Shown piece after piece: positions 1-10,494 of a stretch of DNA of 60,252 nt (positions within the stretch are counted from its first letter, which is position 1; each line of letters begins with the position of its first letter). The notes beneath the pieces were generated by a model that was given only the letters and a program-made list of their open reading frames with translations, had not been told where the DNA came from and ran no database searches. Position numbers and translations under genes: made by a program. The stretch covers positions 1 to 60,252 of the forward strand of contig JBIPSI010000032.1 of the NCBI GenBank assembly GCA_044070495.1. The letters are read 5' to 3'. The DNA is from Spirulina sp. Its GTDB lineage: Bacteria; Cyanobacteriota; Cyanobacteriia; Phormidesmidales; Phormidesmidaceae.

Positions 1-410
1 CGCTATCCCACCGTCCGAAAACGAGCGAGTCGTCCTAAAAAAACGTCAAAAACCGTCGCGTAGCTCTCATATCATCTTTAAGACGTCACTATCTTCCCTT
101 TCTGACGACAGGGGAGAAATTTGCCTTAGTCTAAACTCCAAATAGCCAGAAATTTATCTGGCAGTGCTTAGCGACTACACTCTGCCATACGGCAACTCCA
201 CAACAATCAAAAAAGGGTTACATTCAGCGCTGTTAGCGTAATGAAAACGCTCGTGCAAGACAACCTTTTTACTCTGGAAATTGATAGAAGATTTACCATC
301 AGACTGGCCACGTTTAGCAAGCTCTGGGTTGCCACCTCTAGCCCCTGTCTAGAATGAGCAAATCGCTCGTTACCTGTCGTTGAGAGCTGATTGCCTGACA
401 CATCTCCAAA

Positions 411-495
411 GTAGGTTGGGTGCAGCGGAGCGGAACCCAACAATCGCCGCAAATTGTGGGCTTGTTGGGTTCTGCTATCGCGCCACCCAACCTAC
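411..495. repeat. GTAG-type REP-like inverted repeat pair
   Basis: gtaggttgggtg (411-422) / cacccaacctac (484-495), with inner gaacccaaca/tgttgggttc arms. Confidence 0.7.
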
Positions 496-530
496 GAGAA
501 ATCAATACTTTTCGGCGTTGTGTCAGTCAG

Positions 531-3191
531 TCAGCGTTGAGAGCGCATGGTGGGATGGGGTAGGTCGAGGGCTTCGGTTCTGAGGGATTCTAGGCGGCGA
601 TCTAGGGCGGGGAATTCCCTGGGCCAGGGCTGAAAGAGGTCTAATTCCTGGATGACAGGGTGGATTTGCAGGCGGCTGGGGGGCAGCATTTGGGTAATTT
701 GTTTGGCCTGGGCGTTGCGGTAGGCGAAGGTCAGGGCTCCTCGGTAGGAGGGATCGGGGGGCTGGGCGAGGGAGGTGAGCCAAGCTCGGAGGGGTTGGGT
801 ATCGAGGGTTTCCTCTAGGCGCAGGGTGTCGAGATCTAAGGGATCGCCGAGGGCTTCGGTGTAGGCGGGCCAGTGGGTGGCCGGATCGAGCCATGCGGCT
901 AGGAGGAGGTTGGGCAGAGAAGGATCGTTGGGAAGCCAGGATTCTAGTTGGGCTAGGGCGGCTTGGGGATCGGTGTCGGCCAAAAATAGGGTTTGCACCA
1001 TCGGGCGCAGACGGTCGGTATATGCTGAGTCCAAAGGTTGACCGACCCACCAGCCGAGGACGGCACGGGTTTCGTAGAGGACGCTGTAGCCGGGAGTTTG
1101 TGGGTCAAGGTCGGCAAGCAACTGGTCGTATTCGGCCAGGGTTTGCGCCACCACGGCGGGGTAGAGGGCTTGCAGGGGCGGTTCCTGCCACTGGGGATAG
1201 GTGAGGGAGGCTGGGTTGACCAGGGCTTCTAGGGTGAAGGCGGCGATGGCTTCGGATTCTTGGCCTGTGGCAAGCAACAATTCGCCCAATAGCCAGTAGC
1301 CATAGTTGCGGTTGCGGGGCATAAGCTGCACGGCCCGCTGAGCGTAGGGCAGGGCTTGGGCGGGGTTTTCGGGCTGATAGAGAACCGCCAGGTTTTGGTT
1401 AAACCAGGCATCGTTGGGGGCGGCGGCTTGGGCCTGCTGGGCATAGTCCACCACCAGGGATCGCACATTGTCCTTAGCTTCGGAGTCGCCCAAAATCGCG
1501 TCTAGGCCGTAGAGGGCTTCGCTGGCCACCGCCGCCGCCGTCGGATCCCACGGGCTGAGGAGGGTGGCCTTGTGCCAGCGGGTATCCGCGAGGTTCACGT
1601 TCTGGTTGTAGAATGCGCCATCGGCCCAGGCCCCAAAGCCCACGGTCAGCGAAAAGGGTAGCCACATATAAAACAACAGCCCCACCCAGGCCCAGATCGT
1701 CAAGCTGGCCAAACGGCGACGGGAGGGTAGGACTTCTGTCCCATAAACGCGCTCTTGTGGCACGATCCAGCCCTCACCCCCAGCCCCACTCCCCGTGGGA
1801 GAGGGGAGTTGGAGGCTGTCTTCAAAGTCCCTCTCCCCACGGGAGAGGGATTTAGGGTGAGGGCTGCGGGGACTTGGCGATGAACTGCCCCTCGGTAAGC
1901 CGTAGGCATCGGCTAAGCAAATCAGCAAAACCACCAAGGCCATTAGGGTTCCGGCGATGGGGATGTTTTCAAGCTGGTAGTCCGTCAAACTAGAGACCCC
2001 GTAGGCTAGGAACCCGCCGCCGATGCCGCCCAATAGGTAGCGATCCTCAGCCGTTAGGGGCAGCCGCCACAGCCGCCACCAGAGTTTGCCGATCAGAAAA
2101 AGTCCCGCTAAGTACAGGAGTAACCCCGGCAGGCCCAGTTCTCCCGCAAGCTGCACCGGGGTATTGTGCAACTGCTGAATGTGATCCAGTCCAGCCCCGG
2201 TTTCGATGGGGCGATAGAGGTTGGAAACCCGACTCATCACCCCAGGGCCAACGCCGACGAGGGGCCGATCTCGCAGAATATTGCCCCCCAACCGCAGCAT
2301 AAACCAGCGATCCAACGTGGGGCCATCGGTAGCCCCTGCCGTGCTAAACCAGCCGCGAATACGAGGATTCGTCACCAGGGCCAGCCCCACGCCGCCTAGG
2401 GTCATCAGGCCAATCAGCCCCCAGCGCCAGCGATGAGACGCTTTGGCCCGCACTAGGCCACAGAGCCAAGTCACCAGCAGCCACACCACCAGCCCCAACG
2501 CCGCCCCACGGGAGCCGCTGACGTAGAGCGCTACGGTGATCAGTCCTGCGGATGCCGCCGCCGCCCAACGCCAGATCCCCGACCAAGACAACGCCGCCGC
2601 CACCGCCAAAGGCAGCATCAGCCCCAGATAGCCGCCGACAAAGTTGTGGTGCCCCAGGGGTTGGTGGTTGCGAATCGCCGTCACGAAATTTTGAGATTGC
2701 CACAGATCCGCCGTGGGTCGCCACAGGGCTAGGCTAATCAGCGCCACCCCCGCCGCCACCGTCACCAAGCCCAGCCCCAGCCGCCGTCGCGTTAGCCAAC
2801 CTTGATCGACCCAATTTCGATAGGCATAGATCCCTAGGCCATAGGTCACCGCCAAGCTGGCATTTAGCAACGCTACACGGGGAAAGGGGGAGCGCAGACT
2901 CGATACCACCAAAACGCTCATCAAGGTCAGCAGCCAGCCATCCAGTCCGTGCCCTAAGGAATAGAAAGGTTGTTGAAACTGGCGCAGTCTCACAATGAGC
3001 CAGATCACCAGCGCTAGAAATCCTCCTTGCCATAGCAAAATCCAGGGCCAGCCCACCATGCGGTAGTAGCTCAGGGGTAGCCAGCTAAACCCCACAAAAA
3101 CAGCCACACTCAGCCACAGCAGCCCACTCCATCGCCCACCCAATTGCGGGACAGACAATGACGATGGGGGGCATTCGGAGGAATCATTCAT
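531..3191 (-). CDS. O-antigen ligase (Wzy_C/IctB-like) family membrane protein with C-terminal TPR-like region
   Basis: Multiple TM helices, SGSRGA motif, 'PLVGVGPG' and 'HNTPVQLAGELGLPG' ligase-family motifs, helical C-terminus; start placed at ATG 3191 (MNDSS). Confidence 0.8.
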   Translation of the reverse strand: MNDSSECPPSSLSVPQLGGRWSGLLWLSVAVFVGFSWLPLSYYRMVGWPWILLWQGGFLALVIWLIVRLRQFQQPFYSLGHGLDGWLLTLMSVLVVSSLRSPFPRVALLNASLAVTYGLGIYAYRNWVDQGWLTRRRLGLGLVTVAAGVALISLALWRPTADLWQSQNFVTAIRNHQPLGHHNFVGGYLGLMLPLAVAAALSWSGIWRWAAAASAGLITVALYVSGSRGAALGLVVWLLVTWLCGLVRAKASHRWRWGLIGLMTLGGVGLALVTNPRIRGWFSTAGATDGPTLDRWFMLRLGGNILRDRPLVGVGPGVMSRVSNLYRPIETGAGLDHIQQLHNTPVQLAGELGLPGLLLYLAGLFLIGKLWWRLWRLPLTAEDRYLLGGIGGGFLAYGVSSLTDYQLENIPIAGTLMALVVLLICLADAYGLPRGSSSPSPRSPHPKSLSRGERDFEDSLQLPSPTGSGAGGEGWIVPQERVYGTEVLPSRRRLASLTIWAWVGLLFYMWLPFSLTVGFGAWADGAFYNQNVNLADTRWHKATLLSPWDPTAAAVASEALYGLDAILGDSEAKDNVRSLVVDYAQQAQAAAPNDAWFNQNLAVLYQPENPAQALPYAQRAVQLMPRNRNYGYWLLGELLLATGQESEAIAAFTLEALVNPASLTYPQWQEPPLQALYPAVVAQTLAEYDQLLADLDPQTPGYSVLYETRAVLGWWVGQPLDSAYTDRLRPMVQTLFLADTDPQAALAQLESWLPNDPSLPNLLLAAWLDPATHWPAYTEALGDPLDLDTLRLEETLDTQPLRAWLTSLAQPPDPSYRGALTFAYRNAQAKQITQMLPPSRLQIHPVIQELDLFQPWPREFPALDRRLESLRTEALDLPHPTMRSQR
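1770..1864. repeat. REP-like palindromic element inserted in frame in the ligase gene
   Basis: Terminal IR gccctcaccc/gggtgagggc with internal ctcccc..gggagag hairpins; a similar intergenic copy lies at about 50990-51078. Confidence 0.8.
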
Positions 3192-3243
3192 GACCAGGAG
3201 GCAGGATAAGGAGCGGGGTGGGAACCGTATCGTGGGCTGTTTT

Positions 3244-3306
3244 CTTAAACTTTTATTGAGGTATAGACAACGTAGCCTTAGTCTAGCCATGAGGTCACCT
3301 TAGGCT
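3244..3306 (+). promoter_or_regulatory. Putative Pho-box (SphR/PhoB) repeats upstream of pstS
   Basis: cttaaact (3244), cttagtct (3277) and cttaggct (3299) fall on an 11-bp register and resemble the cyanobacterial PyTTAAPyPy(T/A) unit. Confidence 0.4.
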
Positions 3307-3367
3307 GGGCCTCGTATTCTCTGTGATGGCGAAAATTTATTCCTTCGACCGCTACGGAGAATGATCT

Positions 3368-4291
3368 ATGGTGATGAGCAGACAAAAGTTTAACCGCTAT
3401 GCCCTAGCTAGCGCAGTGGCGGCCACCGTGGCGCTAGGGTTTGGTACGGCCCAGGCCCAACCCCAACGCCAAGTGGTTCAAGTGGATGGGTCTAGCACGG
3501 TATTCCCCATCAGCGAGGCGATGGCGGAGGAGTTTATCGCCGCTAACCCTGGGATGCAGGTGACCGTAGGAGTTTCCGGTACTGGGGGTGGCTTCCGAAA
3601 GTTCTGTGCCGATGAGTTGGATATCACCGGAGCCTCTCGGCCCATTAAAGACACAGAAATCGAAGCCTGTGCCGCCGCTGGGGTGGAGTATGTGGAAATT
3701 CCCATTGCCATCGATGCCCTGACTGTGGTGATTCACCCTGAAAATACCTGGGCCAGAAGCATGACGGTGGATCAACTGCGTTCCCTATGGGAACCCACCG
3801 CCGAGGGCCGCATTATCCGCTGGAACCAGATCAACCCAAGCTGGCCCAATACGCCCATTTCGCTGTATGGCCCCGGTACCGACTCTGGCACCTTCGACTA
3901 CTTCACAGAGGTGATTGTGGGCGAATCGGGATCGAGCCGCACTGACTACACCGCCAGCGAAGACGACAACATCCTGGTATTGGGCGTATCTCGTGATCGG
4001 GGTGCCCTGGGCTACTTTGGCATGGCCTACTATCTGGAAAACCAAGGTCGCCTTGCCTCCGTTGCCATCAACGGGGTAACTCCCACCGTTGACCACGTGG
4101 CCGATGGCACCTACGTCCCTCTTTCTCGGCCCATCTTCCTCTATGTGAAGAAGACCAGCCTGGAGTCTCGCCCTGCGGTGCGGGCCTATGTGGAGTTCAT
4201 GCTGGAAAATGCCACCGAACTGGTGCCCGATACGGGGTATGTGCCCCTGTCGGAAAGTCGCTATGCCGACATCCTGGCAGACGTGCTGTAA
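3368..4291 (+). CDS. pstS: Phosphate ABC transporter substrate-binding protein
   Basis: DGSSTVFP, SGTGGGF, DSGTFDYF, SEDDN and YVPLSRPIFLYV motifs; Sec signal ending AQA. Confidence 0.93.
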   Translation: MVMSRQKFNRYALASAVAATVALGFGTAQAQPQRQVVQVDGSSTVFPISEAMAEEFIAANPGMQVTVGVSGTGGGFRKFCADELDITGASRPIKDTEIEACAAAGVEYVEIPIAIDALTVVIHPENTWARSMTVDQLRSLWEPTAEGRIIRWNQINPSWPNTPISLYGPGTDSGTFDYFTEVIVGESGSSRTDYTASEDDNILVLGVSRDRGALGYFGMAYYLENQGRLASVAINGVTPTVDHVADGTYVPLSRPIFLYVKKTSLESRPAVRAYVEFMLENATELVPDTGYVPLSESRYADILADVL

Positions 4292-4418
4292 GTCTACTGC
4301 CTGATTGACCGCCCCCGGTTGCGTGTCCAAGCCCCAGCCCCGCTATCGTCGGACGCCCGGATGGTGATGTCTGGATAGGGGGACTGGGGTTTTGTTCTGA
4401 GTTGCCTACGGAGCGTGA

Positions 4419-5294
4419 ATGATGGATGTTGTAAAGCCGCAACGAGGGCCGCGCCGTGCCTGGATTAAACAGGTGATTGCGCCGCTGTTGGGGCTTTCCT
4501 TAGGGCTGCATGGTGTGCTGCTGCTGGCCCCGCTGCCGGATTCTAAGCCAGCGGAGGATAGCCCCGAACCCGAACCCGCAGCCGAAGAAACGGCGGTGGA
4601 TTTGCTCAGCATTAGCGCCCTCGCTAGGGCTACTCCGGTGCCTGATTCATCCCCAGCGCCTCCGCCCCCCCCTACGGCACCGCCCCCCCCTACCGCCCCT
4701 GTGGCTCCTACCCCCTATCCGACGGAGGCTCCCCCAGTCCCCCTGGCTGATACCGAGGCTGGCGAGGAACCCATAGAAGAACCGCTGCCGGAATCAACGG
4801 ATGCCTTGACTCCTGAGGATCCGACCCAGGCCGATCCGATGGCAGACTCGACCCCAACGCCGGGGTTTGACCCCAACCGTCAGGCCCAGTTGGTGGGTGC
4901 GGCGGTGGGGGGGTTGGGTCGCGCACCGGGCAGCAGCAACTTTGATCTCACGGATCAGTTTCCGGGGGATATCTGGGATCTCTATGTTTCTCGCTGGGGA
5001 GCGGCGAAACAGCAATGCTTTTTCAACACCATCGACCGGGAGCGCTATGCCCTGCGCCCCGCCGCCGCTGACCTGCGCTACCTCAGCCGCAATGTTCAGC
5101 TTGTGGAGCAGCAGGATATTCCCAGAACCTTTCCCGGACAGGTGGTTCAGCCCCTAGGATCCGCCTACTGCGAGGCTGATTTGTTTGAGGTGCAGGACAA
5201 TGGCGTACCGATTTTATGGGTGTCGCTAGTGCCCGTCAGCCCCGGCGGATCCACGACGCTGGTGGTGTTTTGGCAGGCGGATCCTAGGCTCTAG
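4419..5294 (+). CDS. Hypothetical protein with TonB-like TM anchor and Pro-rich linker
   Basis: N-terminal TM 'LGLSLGLHGVLLL' (SxxxH), Pro/Glu-rich spacer, globular C-terminal domain. Confidence 0.65.
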   Translation: MMDVVKPQRGPRRAWIKQVIAPLLGLSLGLHGVLLLAPLPDSKPAEDSPEPEPAAEETAVDLLSISALARATPVPDSSPAPPPPPTAPPPPTAPVAPTPYPTEAPPVPLADTEAGEEPIEEPLPESTDALTPEDPTQADPMADSTPTPGFDPNRQAQLVGAAVGGLGRAPGSSNFDLTDQFPGDIWDLYVSRWGAAKQQCFFNTIDRERYALRPAAADLRYLSRNVQLVEQQDIPRTFPGQVVQPLGSAYCEADLFEVQDNGVPILWVSLVPVSPGGSTTLVVFWQADPRL

Positions 5295-5479
5295 AACCGA
5301 GAGACGGTTGCCCAACGGATACTATGAACTCCTAGGCCATCGCCCAACCCTCCGCAGCGCATCGTTCCAACGTGAACCCTTTCAAAACGACGACCTGGCC
5401 TTGAGGACGACTGTCCTAACCCTATGCCCCGCCGCCCCTAGGGGTGATCTAACCTGGTATGGAATCTGTTTGAGTCTCT

Positions 5480-6547
5480 ATGATGAATCGCGGCACCTCG
5501 GCCCCCTCTAAACCCCAAGCGCCCCTGTGGCAACGGCTGATCGCCCCCATGCTGTTGGCCTCCTTGGGGCTGCACGGGCTGATTTTGCTGGTGCCCACCG
5601 GAGCCTCCCAGGATGCGGCGATTCCCCCCCCTGACCCAGAGCAGGACAGCGTGGCCATTACCCGCATTCCCCCTACCAACCCTGCGGAACCTGATGGGGA
5701 TGACGTAGCAGCAACCCGCCCCCCGATGGGCCAAACACCCCCCGGCCAGAGTCCAGCCGCCCCCGTAGGAGGAATTGCCCGAATTCAGCGCCCCACAACC
5801 GGATCCACTGCTGGATCCAGTGCTAGATCTACGGCGGCCTCCCAACCTACATCCAGCCGCACCCCTAGCCGCACCGCATCCCGTCAGTCCGGTCGGTCGT
5901 CCAGCCCTTCACGATCTCAAGCCAACACCCCTGCCCCAGGATCCGCCAGCGGGGCAGATCGGCCCGCTTCCCCAGCCCCGGCAAGCCCAACACCCCAGCC
6001 GTCAGCGCCCCCAGTATCAGCCACCCCAGCCCCAACAACGAACAGCCAGCCCCTAACTCCCTCGGATCTACGCGCCCAGTTGCAAGCCTACGCCGCCGAA
6101 CTCAACCTACCCCAGGGCCGCATTGATCGCCTCGCCGCCAACCTTCGCCAGCGGTTTAGCTACAACGCCGCCGCCAGCGCGGAGGAGGTCTTACCCATCA
6201 ACCAAACCCAGTGGCAAGATCAGATCCGCCAAGCCACGGGCCTCGCTGATCTCACCGCCACCCCCCTGCCCGACCCTCTAGCTATGGTCTATCGGCAGCG
6301 AGTTTGCCTCACTCCGGCCCCTGGCCCCGTCAAGGTTGGCCTTCTGGCCAATCCCGATGGCACCCAGGCCGAGGATCCAGTGGTGCTGCAAAGTTCTGGC
6401 TATGGAGCCGTAGATACTAGAGCCATTCGGGCCGCAACGGATCACACCCTCCCTAGGGCTGACCAGCCCAAAGCCTACATCCTCACGGTAGACCCTGAGG
6501 TAGACCCAGGCCGTACCCCCTGCCTCGACCCGAATGCCGCCTCATAA
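5480..6547 (+). CDS. TonB-like energy transducer family protein
   Basis: TM 'LLASLGLHGLILL' (SxxxH), long Pro/Ser linker, TonB_C-like 'VVLQSSGYGAVDTRA'. Confidence 0.7.
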   Translation: MMNRGTSAPSKPQAPLWQRLIAPMLLASLGLHGLILLVPTGASQDAAIPPPDPEQDSVAITRIPPTNPAEPDGDDVAATRPPMGQTPPGQSPAAPVGGIARIQRPTTGSTAGSSARSTAASQPTSSRTPSRTASRQSGRSSSPSRSQANTPAPGSASGADRPASPAPASPTPQPSAPPVSATPAPTTNSQPLTPSDLRAQLQAYAAELNLPQGRIDRLAANLRQRFSYNAAASAEEVLPINQTQWQDQIRQATGLADLTATPLPDPLAMVYRQRVCLTPAPGPVKVGLLANPDGTQAEDPVVLQSSGYGAVDTRAIRAATDHTLPRADQPKAYILTVDPEVDPGRTPCLDPNAAS

Positions 6548-6563
6548 TGGAGATCCCAGATAG

Positions 6564-6628
6564 AGATCCCAGGGTTCTGCTCTGGCCAACGCCACAGGTC
6601 ATTGGCTAGCGATAGAACCCTGGGATCT
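6564..6628. terminator. Long inverted repeat between convergent genes
   Basis: agatcccagggttct / agaaccctgggatct arms; the same core palindrome occurs at 41664-41700. Confidence 0.55.
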
Positions 6629-6647
6629 AACCGTCCTAGCTGGAATA

Positions 6648-8297
6648 CTAGGGTTGAATTGGGTTGACACTGGTGCGGAAGCGAATCACGCCCACCTGGC
6701 TAGGCCCAACGGTGCCCACATTCACAACCAAGGCTCCATTGCCTCGGTCGGCCCCACAGAGGGCAGGCAGGGGCGCTCCGGGGGGTAGGAAGGTGGCGGG
6801 ATCGCCATCGCTGGCCCCCGTGTAGTTCACGGTCGGGTAGTTGACGGGGGGATTCTGGGAGTTGCTGGGCGGAATCGCCTGTACCCCAAAGCCTGCCCCA
6901 AAGGTATCGGGACTAAAGCTGGTGCCGGGGGGAATTTGGTCGCAGATTTGAACGTTGCTCACCGCCGTTTCGCCCGTGTTGTTGAAGTAGAGGGCGTAGT
7001 CTACGGTATCGCCGGGTTGCAGTTCGGGGGTCGTTACCGTAACGGTACCCTGCCCCAAACCCGCCGCCACCAGGGCCGGAAAGCCAGCGTCATTGGGATT
7101 GGTAGAGGTTTCGGTGCCGGGGAAGGGAATGACAGTACCTGCCGCCGTCAGTTGGGTGATGCGCTTATTCAAGAACAAGTTACCTGGCACGGGCGGACGG
7201 GGCACCCGGAACAGGCCAAAGCCCCCGGCTACCAAGTCAAGCCCACCGCTTACGTTTCCGTCTGTGGCGGTGGGGAAGGTTTCAGGCTGGGTTAGGTCTG
7301 TACCAGGGAGCACATCATTCGCCACCAAGGAGTAGCCGAAGATCCGCCCATTGCTTTGGGGTGCGGTTAACAGAGCATTGATCGGGAAGAAAATCCCTCG
7401 CACAGACTGATCGCCTACCGTGTGGGATGGGAGAAATGGGTTCGCAGGGTTAGTACCGTCGTTGCGGCGAAAGACCACCGTTGGCAGGGTCACCCCGATG
7501 TCACCCCCGCCCCCCCAACTGCCCGCCCCCACTGTTCTCAGGGGGCCGTAGGTGGCGGGGGTACCGTCGGGATTGAGGCTTGTAATCGCTGCAATCTGAA
7601 AGGGATCGTTCCCGCCTCGCTCTAGCACCACAAAGCCCTCCTGGGCTTGAAGGTCGGGCGGAACCACCACCCCATCGGGCAGGATATAGTCAATGCGCTC
7701 GATGTTATTGCGGGTATCCTGGTTCCCCCCAGTGACGTTGTTAAAAACGTTGTCAATCCCTCTATTGACAACGGGGCTGAGAAAGGCAGATGGGATGTCT
7801 TCAGCTCGCTCAGGGGCTAGGTTGATAGCCGTGGGCGGATTAGCCCCTACCGTGCCAGCGTTCTCGAAGAACACAACCTGCCGATTGGCGTCGCCATCAA
7901 TCAGGAGAGTAGGATTACGGACAAATACGACGCGCTCCGTAATCCCCGTAGCGCGGACGAGAGGGGGTAAGGTTGGAACCGTAAAGGTCTGCAAACTCCG
8001 GTTACCCGTAGTTCCAAAGGTGAGGTCGACACTATTACCCGCACATCCCCCAATGTCGCAGGGGGCGGAGTAGGGGGTAAGGGTAGGCCCATCGGGTACG
8101 GTGGGTTGCAAAGGCGCGTTTATCGCCGTAACGGCCTGGAAGGGCGCTAATCCCGCCTGGGCTTGGGCAGGGGCTGCCCATCCGACCAGACTGGTGACAA
8201 CAAAAAGTGCAGCGACCAGGGCACTGGTCAGCCGTTTAGCCAAGGGCCAGAGTGCTTGGGCAAAGAAGGGCATGGGGGTTTTGGAAGGGTCAAACAT
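6648..8297 (-). CDS. Secreted DUF11 (conserved repeat domain) protein
   Basis: Signal peptide ending AQA; C-terminal 'LQPGDTVDYALYFNNTG..ICDQIPPGTSF' DUF11 motif. Confidence 0.75.
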   Translation of the reverse strand: MFDPSKTPMPFFAQALWPLAKRLTSALVAALFVVTSLVGWAAPAQAQAGLAPFQAVTAINAPLQPTVPDGPTLTPYSAPCDIGGCAGNSVDLTFGTTGNRSLQTFTVPTLPPLVRATGITERVVFVRNPTLLIDGDANRQVVFFENAGTVGANPPTAINLAPERAEDIPSAFLSPVVNRGIDNVFNNVTGGNQDTRNNIERIDYILPDGVVVPPDLQAQEGFVVLERGGNDPFQIAAITSLNPDGTPATYGPLRTVGAGSWGGGGDIGVTLPTVVFRRNDGTNPANPFLPSHTVGDQSVRGIFFPINALLTAPQSNGRIFGYSLVANDVLPGTDLTQPETFPTATDGNVSGGLDLVAGGFGLFRVPRPPVPGNLFLNKRITQLTAAGTVIPFPGTETSTNPNDAGFPALVAAGLGQGTVTVTTPELQPGDTVDYALYFNNTGETAVSNVQICDQIPPGTSFSPDTFGAGFGVQAIPPSNSQNPPVNYPTVNYTGASDGDPATFLPPGAPLPALCGADRGNGALVVNVGTVGPSQVGVIRFRTSVNPIQP

Positions 8298-8397
8298 AAA
8301 CGGGCTCTGGGTGAAGGCGACATCCCTAGGACAGGCAAATCAGTCAGCAATGCAGTGGTCAAGATTCAGCAAATAAGCACCGGGGTTAGGCAACCGC

Positions 8398-10494
8398 CTA
8401 CTCAAGCTGAAGGTCGTCTTCTTGGTTGATGAAGATAATCTCCAGCCCCCGTAGGTCATTGAAGACAAATTCCACCCGCCGATCCCGGGCGTAGGCCAAG
8501 CGCGAACTGTCCTGGCTGCGCCGCTGGGTGAGGCCAAAGGGCACAATCTGCATTCGCTCAGGGGCCACCCCTTGGCGCAGCAGGTAATCTCGGGCGGCCA
8601 AGGCGCGGCGTTCGCTGAGGGCCAAGTTGTAGGCGGCACTGGCCCGTGGGTCGGTGTGGCCATGGAGTTCCACGGTGAGGAAGGGATGTTCTAGCATCAC
8701 CGCCGCAATCTCATCTAGCACCGCCGCACTCTCTGGGCTGATGTTTGACCGATCCAGGGCAAAGTGAATGTTGCGGGCCACCTCCAGTACCAGGGGTTCC
8801 GGCGGCGGGGCTTCCATCGACACCGGGGGCGGTAGGGGCGACGGCGGCGAACAATCCGGCACATAAGGCGTGAACGGGGGCCGATTCGGCGCGGAGCCAT
8901 CGTCGGCTTGCAGGGTGGCAATGGCCGCTGGTTCGGAGGTGCCGTAGGCGGGATCCGTGGCAATGGCGCTGATGCGGCTTCCCGGTGCTAGGGCAAGGGT
9001 GGCGGTAAAGTGCCCCGCTGCGTCCGTGGAGACGGTGCCCGCGAAGGCGGCTAGGGGGCCGTAGGGAAACCCTGGCTCTAGGACCTGGTAGAGATCTACC
9101 TCGGTATTGGGGTCGGCGGTGCCCGTTACCGTGACAGAATTGCCGCTAGCGGGAAAGCCGTAGTCATCAAATTTCGGCGCATTGACCGCCCCATTCCCCG
9201 TTTCCGCCCGCCGATGGGGGGAATTGCGGGGGGGGTTGGGGCCATCCCCCACTTGAAAGTCGCGCACCCCCGTATTGCCCTGGGTATTGAGGTCAATGCT
9301 CAGGCCGTTGAGGGCGTCAAACCGATTGCCTCGCAGAACATTGCGCTGGCTGCTGGGGTAGGCGGCTACGGTAATCCCTGGCCCCGGCTGGAAGCCAATG
9401 GCGTTATCCAAGACCTGGTGACCGCTGCCCATCAAATACACCGCCGACCGTTGCAACCGCCGACCGTTATACCGAATTTGGTTATCGCGAATCTGGGTTG
9501 ATCCTTCGGGCTTGAACAGGTAAACGCCGCTGCCATCGCTGGCACAGATGAGGTTGCTGGTAATGGCGCTCCCGGCAATCATCCCCTCTAGGCGGATGGC
9601 GTCGGGCATTCCGGCCAAACCATTGGCCACTAGGGCATTTTCCTGGATTTGCAACCCCTCGGCCCGATAGCCCGTAATCACGGCGCTGCCGTCGTGGAAG
9701 CTGAAGCGGTTGTGGCGAATCACCGTATCTACGCCGTTAAACACCACCACCCCAAAGGCGGAGGGTCGTTCTGGAAACTCACCCTCGGCGGTGAGACCCA
9801 GCCAGTTTTGCTCAATCACCACATTGCGGGGGGCGGCTTCCGGTTCCGTGAGCCGAAACACCGATAGCGGCGGCAGGTTGGGTAAAGAATCCACCGCTGG
9901 GGCCTGGGCACTAATGAAAATATTGGCCGGGGGCGTGGTTTGGGTAGATCGGTGGTCGGTACGGAAGCCGTGCATGATAAACCCGCGCACGGTGACATCG
10001 CTGGCGGCAATGGTGAAGCCCCTGGCCACTTCAGCATTGGGGGCCACGGTGAGGGTGACCACCGGAGGAGCCGGAAACTTGGGATCCAGCATCAGGTTAG
10101 GGTCGTAGCCTGTCTGGGTGGTGCCGTCTAGGGTCAGACCAGGGGCGACGATCTCCGGCAACAGAGCCCTCAGAGCAATGGTGGTTTCGCCCTCTGGCAG
10201 AGCAAAGCCAATCTCAGATCCTTGGCCCTCCGGCAGTGCCATCACCAGGGCTTGCTCCGCTGGGCTGAGACTGTCCCAGGCTAGGGTGCCGTTGGCCAGT
10301 TCCAGGGCTTCCCGCAGAGTCAGGGCCTCGTCGGCCTGGGCGGGGCCATCTAGGGGACTGGTGACGGTGATTTGGTAGCTAGGCAGCGAGGTCTCTTCTG
10401 CCCAAGCCTGTCCCACCGTCAGGGCCAATCCGGGTAAGGTGAGGGCCATCGCCCCCAGGCCGATCCACCGTTGCGCCATCATTCGCTGCGCCAT
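8398..10494 (-). CDS. OmpA-family protein with right-handed beta-helix and Ig-like domain
   Basis: CSLREA-like 'LTLREALELANG', parallel beta-helix repeats, C-terminal 'IHFALDRS..HGHTD..YNLALSERRA..DRRVEF' OmpA domain. Confidence 0.85.
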   Translation of the reverse strand: MAQRMMAQRWIGLGAMALTLPGLALTVGQAWAEETSLPSYQITVTSPLDGPAQADEALTLREALELANGTLAWDSLSPAEQALVMALPEGQGSEIGFALPEGETTIALRALLPEIVAPGLTLDGTTQTGYDPNLMLDPKFPAPPVVTLTVAPNAEVARGFTIAASDVTVRGFIMHGFRTDHRSTQTTPPANIFISAQAPAVDSLPNLPPLSVFRLTEPEAAPRNVVIEQNWLGLTAEGEFPERPSAFGVVVFNGVDTVIRHNRFSFHDGSAVITGYRAEGLQIQENALVANGLAGMPDAIRLEGMIAGSAITSNLICASDGSGVYLFKPEGSTQIRDNQIRYNGRRLQRSAVYLMGSGHQVLDNAIGFQPGPGITVAAYPSSQRNVLRGNRFDALNGLSIDLNTQGNTGVRDFQVGDGPNPPRNSPHRRAETGNGAVNAPKFDDYGFPASGNSVTVTGTADPNTEVDLYQVLEPGFPYGPLAAFAGTVSTDAAGHFTATLALAPGSRISAIATDPAYGTSEPAAIATLQADDGSAPNRPPFTPYVPDCSPPSPLPPPVSMEAPPPEPLVLEVARNIHFALDRSNISPESAAVLDEIAAVMLEHPFLTVELHGHTDPRASAAYNLALSERRALAARDYLLRQGVAPERMQIVPFGLTQRRSQDSSRLAYARDRRVEFVFNDLRGLEIIFINQEDDLQLE

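Noticed and set aside
1..410. Possible gene or element at the window start
   Set aside because: No convincing ORF or motif; context is cut off by the window edge.
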